DNA of 62,592 nt, counting the filler. It is 4 parts of 4 records of this genome, joined end to end, with 100 filler letters (N's around TTAATTAATTAA, not from the genome) between each part and the next. Parts side by side here need not be neighbours in the genome. Positions count along the whole stretch, not along the records: positions 23,758 to 50,602 come from SRR2962707_1415; 3 more parts are not named here. One strand, written 5' to 3'. Numbering within the stretch: position 1 is the first letter of the stretch; every line of letters starts with the position of its first letter. Shown one piece after another: positions 38,418 through 47,512 of this stretch. The position numbers were made by a program, and so were the translations under genes. A model generated the notes under the pieces. The model had not been told where the DNA came from, did not search any database, and worked only from the letters and a program-made list of their open reading frames with translations.

Positions 38418-40433
38418 TCAAGCTGCGATTAACCCGCGCCCTTTCAGTAGTGCCTCAACGCCTGGCAGTCGTCCTCTGAACGCCTTGTACAGCTCTGCCG
38501 CGTCGTGACTGCCGCCCGTGGAAAGAATATGCGCCTCAAGCGCCTTTGCCTTTTCTGGGTCAAAAGCCCCACCTGCTTCCTCGAAGGCTTCGAAGGCATC
38601 GGCATCCATGACCTCTGACCACATATAACTGTAGTACCCGCTGGAATAGCCGTCCCCCGAAAAGACATGTGCGAATTGCGGGGTCGCGTGGCGCATGGTG
38701 ATTGCAGCAGGCATGCCCAGATCGGCCAGAACCTGCGCTTGAGTAGCCATCGGATCGCTGGTCGCGGTGCCATCATGAAATTCTAGATCGACCAAGGCCG
38801 ACGCTACATATTCGACCGTCGCAAACCCCATGCCAAAATTGGCGGCACCCAGAACTTTATCCAACATCTCCTTCGGCATTGGCTCGCCAGTTTTGGCGTG
38901 GGTCGCGAATTCGCCCAGCACTTCTGGAACGTCCAACCAGTGTTCGTAAAGCTGGCTCGGCAGTTCCACAAAGTCACGGGCAACCGACGTGCCGCTCACC
39001 GATTCATACGTCACATTCGATAACATCTGATGCAAAGCATGGCCGAACTCGTGGAACAAAGTCCGCGCATCGTCATAGGACAACAAGGCCGGTGTCCCTT
39101 TGGAAAAGTTGCACACATTGATCACAATCGGCGATTGCTCGGCCGGGAACTTTGCCTGCGCGCGCATGGCCGAACACCACGCACCTGACCGCTTCGACCC
39201 TCGTGCAAAATAATCCCCGATGAACACCGCGACATGTTTGCCACCTCGTGTCACCTCCCACGCGCGGCAGTCCGGATGATAGAGCGGCACATCAAGCGGC
39301 GCGAATTCGAGAGCGAACAAACGCGTGGCGCAGCTAAAGGCCGCGTCAATCATCCGGTCCAGCTGGAAATACGGTTTCAACGCGGCCTCGTCGAGATCAT
39401 GCTCGGCCATGCGCTGTTTCTCCGCATAGTAGCGCCAGTCCCAAGGGGCCAGATCGCCGTTCACGCCATCTGCGTGCATCATCTCTGTCAACACCGCGCC
39501 ATCCGCCTCGGCCTGTGCTTTGGCGGGCTCCCACACATCCATCAACAGTTGGCGAACGGCTTCAGGCGTCTTTGCCATTTCGGTTTCCAGCTTGAAGGCT
39601 GCGAAATTCTTATACCCCAACAGTTTGGCGCGCTCTTCGCGCAATGCCAGTGTTTCAGCGGCGATGGCACGGTTATCCGTATCGCCGTCATTCGCACCGC
39701 GTGCCTGCCACGCCAGAAACGCCCGTTCGCGAAGATCGCGCCGGGGCGAGAATTGCAGGAACGGCACAATCAGCGATCTGGACAGGGTAATAACCGGGCC
39801 GCCTGCGTCTTTTTCTGCGCCGGCATTGCGCGCGGCATCAATGACGAACTCTGGCAGCCCCTCAAGGTCGGCTTCCTCAAGCTTCATGAACCACGACCGC
39901 TCATCTGCCAAAAGGTTCTGGGTAAATTGCGTCCCAAGCACCGCCAAGCGACCCTTGATTTCTTTCATGCGAGCATCCTGTGCGCCTTCCAAGGCGGCAC
40001 CGGACCGCACGAACCCGCGATGGGTCAGCATCAGCACGCGGGCTTGCTCTGGTGTCAATCCAAAGCTGTCGCGCTTTTTCCACACCTCGGCCACACGGGC
40101 GAACAAGGCTTTGTTGCTTGATATCTCTGAATAATGCGCGGCCAATAGCGGCGAGAACTTGCGCTGCAACGCTTCGCGAACGGGGTTGCTGTCCGCGCCA
40201 GCCACGGTGAAAAATACCCCCAACACGCGGTCAAGCTGGCTGCCCGCCTCTTCCAGTGCCTCAATCGTATTGCTGAATGTGGGCGCGGCATCGCAACTGG
40301 CGATCGCATCAATCTCCATCCGGTGCTTGGTCAGCGCCTCATCCAGCGCGGGCTCGAAATCATCGTCTGAAATCTTGTCAAACGGGGCCAGCTCAAACGG
40401 CGTATCCCAATCCTGAAGCAAGGGGTTTGTCAT
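38418..40433 (-). CDS. dcp: M3 family metallopeptidase (peptidyl-dipeptidase Dcp)
   Basis: MTNPLL start, FHEFGHALH, DFVELPSQ, GYYSYMWSEV. Confidence 0.93.
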   Translation of the reverse strand: MTNPLLQDWDTPFELAPFDKISDDDFEPALDEALTKHRMEIDAIASCDAAPTFSNTIEALEEAGSQLDRVLGVFFTVAGADSNPVREALQRKFSPLLAAHYSEISSNKALFARVAEVWKKRDSFGLTPEQARVLMLTHRGFVRSGAALEGAQDARMKEIKGRLAVLGTQFTQNLLADERSWFMKLEEADLEGLPEFVIDAARNAGAEKDAGGPVITLSRSLIVPFLQFSPRRDLRERAFLAWQARGANDGDTDNRAIAAETLALREERAKLLGYKNFAAFKLETEMAKTPEAVRQLLMDVWEPAKAQAEADGAVLTEMMHADGVNGDLAPWDWRYYAEKQRMAEHDLDEAALKPYFQLDRMIDAAFSCATRLFALEFAPLDVPLYHPDCRAWEVTRGGKHVAVFIGDYFARGSKRSGAWCSAMRAQAKFPAEQSPIVINVCNFSKGTPALLSYDDARTLFHEFGHALHQMLSNVTYESVSGTSVARDFVELPSQLYEHWLDVPEVLGEFATHAKTGEPMPKEMLDKVLGAANFGMGFATVEYVASALVDLEFHDGTATSDPMATQAQVLADLGMPAAITMRHATPQFAHVFSGDGYSSGYYSYMWSEVMDADAFEAFEEAGGAFDPEKAKALEAHILSTGGSHDAAELYKAFRGRLPGVEALLKGRGLIAA

Positions 40434-40532
40434 GGTATTCTCCTTTGGATCACAAGGTAGGTATCCCAGCAGTGGGTTGCAATCGTCAGCGTAAAAGCTC
40501 AGGCTTAAGACGCGATTGTTTTGGAGGATCAA

Positions 40533-40868
40533 ATGATCCGCAGGATCAGGAATTTAATCGAACGCCAGATGCAAAAGGCCGTTCTGGAAGGCAAACTCCA
40601 AGGGCTGAAGGGCGAAGGAAAACCTCTTGAGAACCGGCCAGAAGACGCATTTGTCAGCGCAGGCGACGCCGTAGGCTTTCGTATGATGGCTGAGGCCGGC
40701 GTCCTGCCCGAAGAAATCCTGATCAAGAAAGAAATCGCCGCTCAGCGAGAGGCACTGAAAGCTGCCACATCAGAGGCCGAGCGCGGGCCCATCCTCGCGA
40801 AATTGACGGATCTAGAACTGCGATACAATATCGCGACCGAAGCACGGCAAAAGTTCATGAAGAGCTAG
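40533..40868 (+). CDS. DUF1992 (DnaJ-related) domain protein
   Basis: LIERQMQKA...G.LQGLKGEGKPL; M.EAGVLPEEI. Confidence 0.85.
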   Translation: MIRRIRNLIERQMQKAVLEGKLQGLKGEGKPLENRPEDAFVSAGDAVGFRMMAEAGVLPEEILIKKEIAAQREALKAATSEAERGPILAKLTDLELRYNIATEARQKFMKS

Positions 40869-40897
40869 CCCCGCGTACAGTCGGTGCACCCGGGGCT
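40867..40897. terminator. Hairpin between convergent genes
   Basis: AGCCCCG...CGGGGCT stem. Confidence 0.45.
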
Positions 40898-40907
40898 TGG
40901 CCGTTTA

Positions 40908-41339
40908 TCAAGGGCGGACGTAAGCGAACCCGTCTTCCTGCAATTCTATCAACCGAACGATACCCGATGGCACGACAGTTGCCTCGGACAGCAATACAAC
41001 ATCGTGACCCGATTTTTTCTTCATGCCTGCCATCGTATTGGCACATGCAGAAAAGCTGATGTTGTCCAATTCCAGGGACATCGCAGAAATACGCTGCGCG
41101 ACCGGGCTTTTGTCGGCGATCAACATGTTCAAACCGGGGCCATAGGTCACCATTTCGATGGTCACTGTGTCGCCTTGGCTTTCATAATAGCTGGCAACGT
41201 TTTGGGCGTTGTTCAACGCCATATTCATCACCTGAGGGTCGTTTTGATCAACGTGAATGGCAACCTTATGCGCCACGCCCTCAGCGAATACCGCCAGCGG
41301 AGCCAAGGCCAAAGCGGCGGCAAGTACGAATCGTTTCAT
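40908..41339 (-). CDS. Exported DsrE/DsrF-like family protein
   Basis: Signal peptide; ALNNAQN, YGPGL, ACANTM, VPSGIV.LIELQEDGFAYVRP. Confidence 0.85.
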   Translation of the reverse strand: MKRFVLAAALALAPLAVFAEGVAHKVAIHVDQNDPQVMNMALNNAQNVASYYESQGDTVTIEMVTYGPGLNMLIADKSPVAQRISAMSLELDNISFSACANTMAGMKKKSGHDVVLLSEATVVPSGIVRLIELQEDGFAYVRP

Positions 41340-41398
41340 GGGTTTTTCCTCCTTCTATATTGGGATCAGTCTATCGCGTTTTTTGAACACCGCGGTTT

Positions 41399-42442
41399 TC
41401 ATGAGACGTCACCACAAACCGGGCAATCATCACGTTTACTGACGCCGATCACACGATTTTCGCCATACAGCGCATCATAAATCACCATCTGCCCCCGCAG
41501 CGGTGCCCCCGCCCCTGTGATAACCTTTATCGCCTCGACCGCCATCATCGACCCGATGACACCGGGCAAAGGACCAATCACGCCCGCCTGCGCACAAGAC
41601 GGTGCCAGATGTGCGGCGGGGGCCTGCGGAAACACGCATTGATAGCACGGCGCGCCCTTGGCCGGGTCAAAGACACTCAACTGCCCCTCCCACTGGCTGA
41701 GCGCACCGGAAATCAGCGGCACCCCAGCCGCGACACAGGCACGGTTGACCAAATAGCGCGTATCGAAATTATCAGTCCCATCCAGAACGATGTCATAATC
41801 AGCGACAAGCGTCTCGGCCATCTCGGCGTCCAACCGGCGGTGATAGGGGCGTATTGTAACGAATGGGTTCTGTGCCTCCAGCTCGACTTTGGCCGAGAAT
41901 ACCTTGGGCATACCGATGTTTTTGTCCTTGTGTATGACCTGACGTTGCAGGTTGGCATTTTCGACGACATCGTCGTCAATCACGCCGATCGTGCCGACGC
42001 CCGCAGCAGCAAGATACTGCAAGACCGGCGCGCCTAATCCGCCAGCCCCTACAACCAAAACCTTGGCATTCTTCAACGCCTTCTGACCACTACCGCCCAC
42101 CTCACGCAGAACGATGTGGCGGGCATATCGGTTCAGCTCGGTCTCGGAGAACGTGCCTGCTGGCTGGGATGGCGCATTCTCGGCCGGGGCGGCGCGGCTG
42201 CGTAAATACTTCACCCCCCACCCATAGACAAAAGCCAAAAGGACAAACCCGGTCAACAACAACCAAGGTGCTGCACTGCCGCCTGTTGCCACGCGCAACG
42301 GGTGCGCGTCTGGCAATAGCAGGTTCACACCGATCACCGCGCCGAACAACGCACCTAACAGTTTCAGCCGGGTCTCGCGTGCGCTGCCCATCGCCGCACC
42401 AGCCCCCCAAATCACGGCCGCAAGAATAAGAACCAGCAACAT
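41399..42442 (-). CDS. moeB: MoeB/ThiF family adenylyltransferase with N-terminal TM extension
   Basis: RYARHIVL, VVGAGGLG, NLQRQ, DGTDNF, CYQC and CPVC zinc motifs. Confidence 0.88.
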   Translation of the reverse strand: MLLVLILAAVIWGAGAAMGSARETRLKLLGALFGAVIGVNLLLPDAHPLRVATGGSAAPWLLLTGFVLLAFVYGWGVKYLRSRAAPAENAPSQPAGTFSETELNRYARHIVLREVGGSGQKALKNAKVLVVGAGGLGAPVLQYLAAAGVGTIGVIDDDVVENANLQRQVIHKDKNIGMPKVFSAKVELEAQNPFVTIRPYHRRLDAEMAETLVADYDIVLDGTDNFDTRYLVNRACVAAGVPLISGALSQWEGQLSVFDPAKGAPCYQCVFPQAPAAHLAPSCAQAGVIGPLPGVIGSMMAVEAIKVITGAGAPLRGQMVIYDALYGENRVIGVSKRDDCPVCGDVS

Positions 42443-42892
42443 CTATTTCAGCCCTGTCGACCCAAACCCGCCAGCCCCGCGCGTACTGTCTGACAATGCG
42501 CTGACCTCAACCGTGGCATAGCGTTTGACGTCGGCAATGACAGCCTGCGCAATTCGGTCACCATGCTGAATTTCGAAAGGTACATCGCCGATATAGTACA
42601 GCCCCACCATCACCACGCCGCGATAATCCTCGTCCACGGTGCCAGGGGCATTTGGGATCAGGAACCCGTGCTTAAGCGCCAGCCCCGATCTTGGCCTAAT
42701 CTGCATCTCGGTCCCGCGGGGAAGCTCGACATGAAAACCGGTTGAAACCAACTTGATGTCGCCCTTCCCGAAAACCATAGGCTCGTCGGGCAAGAACGCG
42801 CGCAAATCCATCCCCGCGGCACCGGCGGTGGCGTAGCCGGGTAATGGTAAATCCGCGTTGCCCGGAACGCGTTTAAACTTAATCTCAGACAT
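42443..42892 (-). CDS. dut: dUTP diphosphatase
   Basis: AAGMDL, RPRSGLA, GTVDEDYRG, DRIAQ, RGAGGFGSTG. Confidence 0.97.
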   Translation of the reverse strand: MSEIKFKRVPGNADLPLPGYATAGAAGMDLRAFLPDEPMVFGKGDIKLVSTGFHVELPRGTEMQIRPRSGLALKHGFLIPNAPGTVDEDYRGVVMVGLYYIGDVPFEIQHGDRIAQAVIADVKRYATVEVSALSDSTRGAGGFGSTGLK

Positions 42893-42967
42893 GTTCTTTC
42901 CCCAAAAGCATCGGCGCAGCAGCTATTTCCAAATGGTCCTAAATCCTCGCCGAAGGCATAGAATCTT

Positions 42968-44161
42968 TTACTTCAGCGCATCCGCAATGCGTGCGGCCAA
43001 CTGTTTTGCCACCTGATCCTTGCTCATCCGCGGCCATTCCTCTGCCCCGTCGTCACTGATCACGGTCACCGCATTTTCACCGCCGCCCATGATCCCGGTT
43101 CCCGGGGACACGTCATTGGCAACGATCCAGTCACATCCTTTGCGCAGGCGTTTGGCGGTCGCGTTCTCGATCACATCATTAGTTTCAGCAGCAAAGCCGA
43201 CAACCAGTTTAGGTCGGCCTGACGTCATCTGGCTGACCGCTTTTAGGATGTCGGGGTTTTCTGCGAACTCAAGCAGTGGCAACCCGTCCTTTGACTTTTT
43301 CAACTTCCGGTCGCTGGCAGTAGTGACACGCCAGTCCGCCACGGCTGCGGCAAAGACACCGCCATCAGCTGGCAACGCGGCATCAACCGCCTCTTGCATC
43401 TGTAAAGCGGTTTCGACGCGCACGACCTGAACGCCGTTTGGGGGCAGTACATCGGCGGGTCCGGTGATAAACACCACATCAGCCCCTAATGCAGCAAGGG
43501 CACTGGCGATGGCCGTCCCTTGTGCGCCAGAAGACCGGTTTGCGATATAGCGCACCGGGTCAATCGGTTCATGGGTCGGGCCCGACGTGACCAGAATGCG
43601 CCGCCCTTTCAATGGGCCGTCATTCAGCTGGGTTTCAATCGCAGCTACGATCTCAAGCGGCTCCGACATGCGGCCCGGCCCGAATTCACCACAGGCCATG
43701 TCGCCCTCATTTGGCCCGACAACGGTAATCCCGTCACCACGCAACGTGGCAAGGTTGCGCTGCGTTGCCGCGTGTTCCCACATGCGCACGTTCATCGCAG
43801 GTACAATCATGACCGGCGTATCCGTGGCCAGCAAAAGCGTCGAGGCAAGATCATTCGCCAGACCGCCCACCATCTTGGCCATCAGATCCGCCGTCGCTGG
43901 CGCAACCACCACCAGATCAGCAACACGGCTTAGCTGAATATGGCCCATTTCGGCCTCGTCGCCCAAATCAAACAAATCGCGGTACAGCTTTTGCCCCGCC
44001 AAAGCCGACACAGATAGCGGTGTCACAAATTCTTCGCCAGCGCGGGTAAGAACGGGGGTGACCGTCGCGCCTCGTTCGCGCAAACGGCGGATCAAATCCA
44101 GCGATTTGAACGCCGCGATGCCACCACCGATAATCAGCAGAATATGTTTACCAGCCAGCAT
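42968..44161 (-). CDS. coaBC: Phosphopantothenoylcysteine decarboxylase/ligase CoaBC
   Basis: GGIAAFK, PAMN, ACGEFGPGRM, GPTHEPIDPVRYIANRSSG, GFAAET. Confidence 0.97.
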   Translation of the reverse strand: MLAGKHILLIIGGGIAAFKSLDLIRRLRERGATVTPVLTRAGEEFVTPLSVSALAGQKLYRDLFDLGDEAEMGHIQLSRVADLVVVAPATADLMAKMVGGLANDLASTLLLATDTPVMIVPAMNVRMWEHAATQRNLATLRGDGITVVGPNEGDMACGEFGPGRMSEPLEIVAAIETQLNDGPLKGRRILVTSGPTHEPIDPVRYIANRSSGAQGTAIASALAALGADVVFITGPADVLPPNGVQVVRVETALQMQEAVDAALPADGGVFAAAVADWRVTTASDRKLKKSKDGLPLLEFAENPDILKAVSQMTSGRPKLVVGFAAETNDVIENATAKRLRKGCDWIVANDVSPGTGIMGGGENAVTVISDDGAEEWPRMSKDQVAKQLAARIADALK

Positions 44162-44226
44162 GTTCGGCCCTCTTTAACGCAGTTGAGGTGAACCATAGGC
44201 CGCAAGGGCCCGTTCTGCCAGCCCCA

Positions 44227-45033
44227 TCAGGGTTTCTTAAATGCCAAACAAGGGTCTTCGCGCGCAGTTGCCGGGGACTGTAGGACCGCATCGAAACGCC
44301 CCTCGGGTATGACGCCGTCCTCGCCTTGGCCTACTGTCATGACGGCCGCATCCGGTCGCACCAGCGCTATGGCTGCGGGCATTCCCCAGTCGGGGCGCGC
44401 ATGACCATTTCCGGTGATCACGACAACCGGACCGCCGGTGTCGTCCAATGCTTTAATCGACATCTGCGCCAACCGTGCATCCCGCAAGCGTTGAACATCA
44501 ACCATCGCAGGCAACAATTCAGCAGGCAACGCATCACAATGCGCATTCATCTGCAAAGCTTCGCGCGCGATCTGCTGGTCGGCATCCAACGGCGCGGCCA
44601 ATCCAAATTCCCCGGCCTGCGCGCCAAATGCAGCGACAAGGCCATCACCCATTACTTTGCGCGCTGCCTCTCGCGGAACAGCAGCCCCATAGGTTTTGGC
44701 CCCTGCGCTGGCAGCAAATATCGGATAATAAATCGAAAAATCAGGCCAGCCGCTCTCATTCCAACCAAGCGCCTGCTCTAGCGCCATTTCGTCGTGCATG
44801 ATGTCGCCGCGCACCTGTGCCGCTTGCGCCCCGGTGATCATTTCATAAACGACAGCCTTGGGCGCGATCTTGGCAACAATATCCGCCTGGGTTTGATGAT
44901 GGGCAGGGTTGTCGTGCGTTTCCCCCAAAACAACAATTTGCGCCGCAGCTAGTTGCGTAAACAGATCATCGTTCAAGGTTCCAGCAGAGGCAAAGGCTGG
45001 CAGCGCCAGAAATACTGTAAGGTACCGAATCAT
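44227..45033 (-). CDS. ChaN-like (haem-binding uptake) exported protein
   Basis: LGETHDNPAHH, YEM, GWPDF..Y.PIF, QRLRD..LA, GNGH. Confidence 0.85.
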   Translation of the reverse strand: MIRYLTVFLALPAFASAGTLNDDLFTQLAAAQIVVLGETHDNPAHHQTQADIVAKIAPKAVVYEMITGAQAAQVRGDIMHDEMALEQALGWNESGWPDFSIYYPIFAASAGAKTYGAAVPREAARKVMGDGLVAAFGAQAGEFGLAAPLDADQQIAREALQMNAHCDALPAELLPAMVDVQRLRDARLAQMSIKALDDTGGPVVVITGNGHARPDWGMPAAIALVRPDAAVMTVGQGEDGVIPEGRFDAVLQSPATAREDPCLAFKKP

Positions 45034-45908
45034 ATCAAGAAATGATGGACCTCGGCCGACTGTGTTTCAAGTGTTTTGCGCATTTTTCCAAAGGCCGCGG
45101 CCTCTAGCTGGCGCACCCGTTCTTTTGACAGCTTCAACTCTTCGCCCAAGCTTTCCAAGGTTCTCGGCTGATCACGCAATTTCCGCTCGCGGACAATGAA
45201 CTGTTCGCGTTCGTTCAAGGCATGCATCGCACCCAAAAGCCAATTACGCAGCGTGGTCGTATCGTGGCTTTCCTCGACTTTTTCGGCGGCCTGCGCGCTG
45301 TCATCCACCAGCGCATCAATCCATTCGCGCCCCTCGTCCTCTGCTGACTGAGTAGCATTCAGCGAATAATCGGACCCCGACAAACGGCCCTCCATCATCT
45401 CGACATCATGCATGGGCACGCCAATCTCGGTCGAGATCATCTGACGCAGCTGATGCCCGTCCAACGTTTCACCAGCCACCTGGGCTTCACGCTCGATACG
45501 CGCCTGAACGCGACGCATGTTAAAAAACAGCGATTTTTGCGATGACGTTGACCCGGTGCGCACCATCGACCAATTGCGCATGACGTGATCCTGAATGCTC
45601 GCCTTGATCCACCAAACCGCATATGTCGAAAAACGCACCCCGCGATCGGGGTCGAATTTGTCAGCGGCTTTCATCAACCCCAGACTTGCCTCTTGGATCA
45701 GATCATTCATCGGCGCGCCGTAGCGTTTGAATTTGCCTGCCATCGAAATGGCCAGCCGCATATAGGCGGTGATCAACCGGTGCAGCGCTTCTTCGTCGCG
45801 ACGATCACGCCAAGCATAGGCCAGCCTTAATTCCGTATCCGCATCCAAAAGTTCGGCTTTCATTGCGGTCCGGGTCAAAGAAAATTCGCGCGTTTGAGAT
45901 AGTGCCAC
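45030..45908 (-). CDS. rpoH: RNA polymerase sigma-32 family factor (RpoH2 type)
   Basis: DLIQEA.LGLMKA..KFDPDRGVRFSTYAVWWIKA, NWSMVR, SKERVRQLE; start codon approximate. Confidence 0.92.
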   Translation of the reverse strand: MALSQTREFSLTRTAMKAELLDADTELRLAYAWRDRRDEEALHRLITAYMRLAISMAGKFKRYGAPMNDLIQEASLGLMKAADKFDPDRGVRFSTYAVWWIKASIQDHVMRNWSMVRTGSTSSQKSLFFNMRRVQARIEREAQVAGETLDGHQLRQMISTEIGVPMHDVEMMEGRLSGSDYSLNATQSAEDEGREWIDALVDDSAQAAEKVEESHDTTTLRNWLLGAMHALNEREQFIVRERKLRDQPRTLESLGEELKLSKERVRQLEAAAFGKMRKTLETQSAEVHHFLI

Positions 45909-46069
45909 AGTGATCACCCCTGATAGAAGAATTTTGGCTCTTTATTTTATAAACGCCGTGACGGGCCGTATGGTTCAAATATTATTAATATTTCTGCGCT
46001 CAAGCGCTTGAGGACAGTGCCAACTGCGCTAGGGTATGCGCCGCATAGGCAGGTTTTTAGGGCGGTTAG

Positions 46070-46651
46070 ATGACAACTTGGCATTGGGTTCGACACGGGC
46101 CGACGCATGAAAAAACCCTTGTTGGATGGCGCGATGTCCCCGCTGATTTGTCTGACTACGCCCAGATCGCCCGCCTGAATGCGCATTTGCCCCGCGATGC
46201 GATCCTTGTGTCATCCGACCTGATCCGCGCCGCAGCAACGGCAGATGTCTTGGCCCATCCACAGCGTCAGCGTCTGCCCCATGACGAAAAACTACGCGAG
46301 ATGGATTTCGGCGAGTGGGATGGCATGCATGCCCGCGATGTATCCGAGCAACATCCCGAACTCAGCCGGGCATATTGGTCGACGCCCGGCGATGTTGCCC
46401 CCCCACAAGGCGAAAGCTGGAACGCGGCGGCACGGCGCGTCAACGCAGCCGTGGATCGTCTGAACGCCCTTTACCCCGATGAACACATCATCGCAGTCGC
46501 CCATTTCGGGGTCATCCTGACGCAAATCCAGCGCGCCCTGAACATCAGCGCACACGCCGCATTCGCGCATAAGATCGACAACTTGTCAGCCACGCAAATC
46601 ACAGTATCCCAAGCGCAGTGGGGCGTTACCCATATCAATCATTCTCCGTGA
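46070..46651 (+). CDS. Histidine phosphatase family protein (CobC/PGM-like)
   Basis: VRHG, SSDL.RA, LREMDFGEW, GES, VAHFGVI. Confidence 0.9.
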   Translation: MTTWHWVRHGPTHEKTLVGWRDVPADLSDYAQIARLNAHLPRDAILVSSDLIRAAATADVLAHPQRQRLPHDEKLREMDFGEWDGMHARDVSEQHPELSRAYWSTPGDVAPPQGESWNAAARRVNAAVDRLNALYPDEHIIAVAHFGVILTQIQRALNISAHAAFAHKIDNLSATQITVSQAQWGVTHINHSP

Positions 46652-46710
46652 TCGGATACGTCACAAAATTGCATTTGCGCTGATCGGGCATGGCTGGATA
46701 GAAACCGCCC

Positions 46711-47394
46711 ATGACATATGATCTTTATATCGGCGACAAAACATTCTCCAGCTGGTCCCTGCGTGGCTGGCTGATGCTTGAAAAATTCGGCCTGCCCTAC
46801 CGCAGCCATATGGTCGGCCTGTACGACGGCACCATGGCGCAAGATATGGCGGAACTGGCGCCCGCAAGGCTGGTTCCGACCCTGAAAACGCCACAGGGCG
46901 AGGTAATCGGCGAAACGCTGGCCATGGCAGAAACCTTGGCCGAACGGCATCCAGACAAGGCGCTTTGGCCCACCGATCCTGCCGCACGCACCCGCGCCCG
47001 TTGGTTATGTGCCGCGATGACGGCAGGGTTTTCGGCGTTGCGCGGCGAATGCCCCATGCAGCTTCGACATGTGAACAAGGGCTTGCCTGTCTCGGACGCA
47101 GTGACAAAAGACCTCTCGCGCCTCCAAGAGCTGTGGGATTATGCGAACGGCGCATCCGATGGCAAAGGCCCGTGGCTTTTCGGCAGCTATAGCCTCGCCG
47201 ATGTGTTCTACGCCCCCGTCTGTGCGCGGATCGTGGGATACGACCTGCCAGTCCAGCAGTCGGCAAGGGACTATTGCCGCGTCACCCTCAACGATCCCGC
47301 GTTCAAAACATGGCGCGCAGAGGGGCTCAGGGTCACCTATGACCCCTTCCCATATGACATGGGATGCACCACATCCCCTTGGCCCGTGGCATGA
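46711..47394 (+). CDS. Glutathione S-transferase family protein
   Basis: FSSWSLRGWL, LVPTL, ETLAMAETLAE, FG.YSLADVFYAPV. Confidence 0.9.
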   Translation: MTYDLYIGDKTFSSWSLRGWLMLEKFGLPYRSHMVGLYDGTMAQDMAELAPARLVPTLKTPQGEVIGETLAMAETLAERHPDKALWPTDPAARTRARWLCAAMTAGFSALRGECPMQLRHVNKGLPVSDAVTKDLSRLQELWDYANGASDGKGPWLFGSYSLADVFYAPVCARIVGYDLPVQQSARDYCRVTLNDPAFKTWRAEGLRVTYDPFPYDMGCTTSPWPVA

Positions 47395-47512
47395 CCCCAC
47401 ACCTGTTTCATTTTGCAAAATAAACTCAAATTCCACGATATCCGCAGGAGTTAACGCTTCTTAAACTCCCCAGACCTACGCATTAACCATCTTGGCCACC
47501 GAAAGGGCCCCT

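Noticed and set aside
39234-40121. 295-aa plus-strand ORF inside dcp
   Set aside because: Shadow ORF of a well-supported GC-rich gene.
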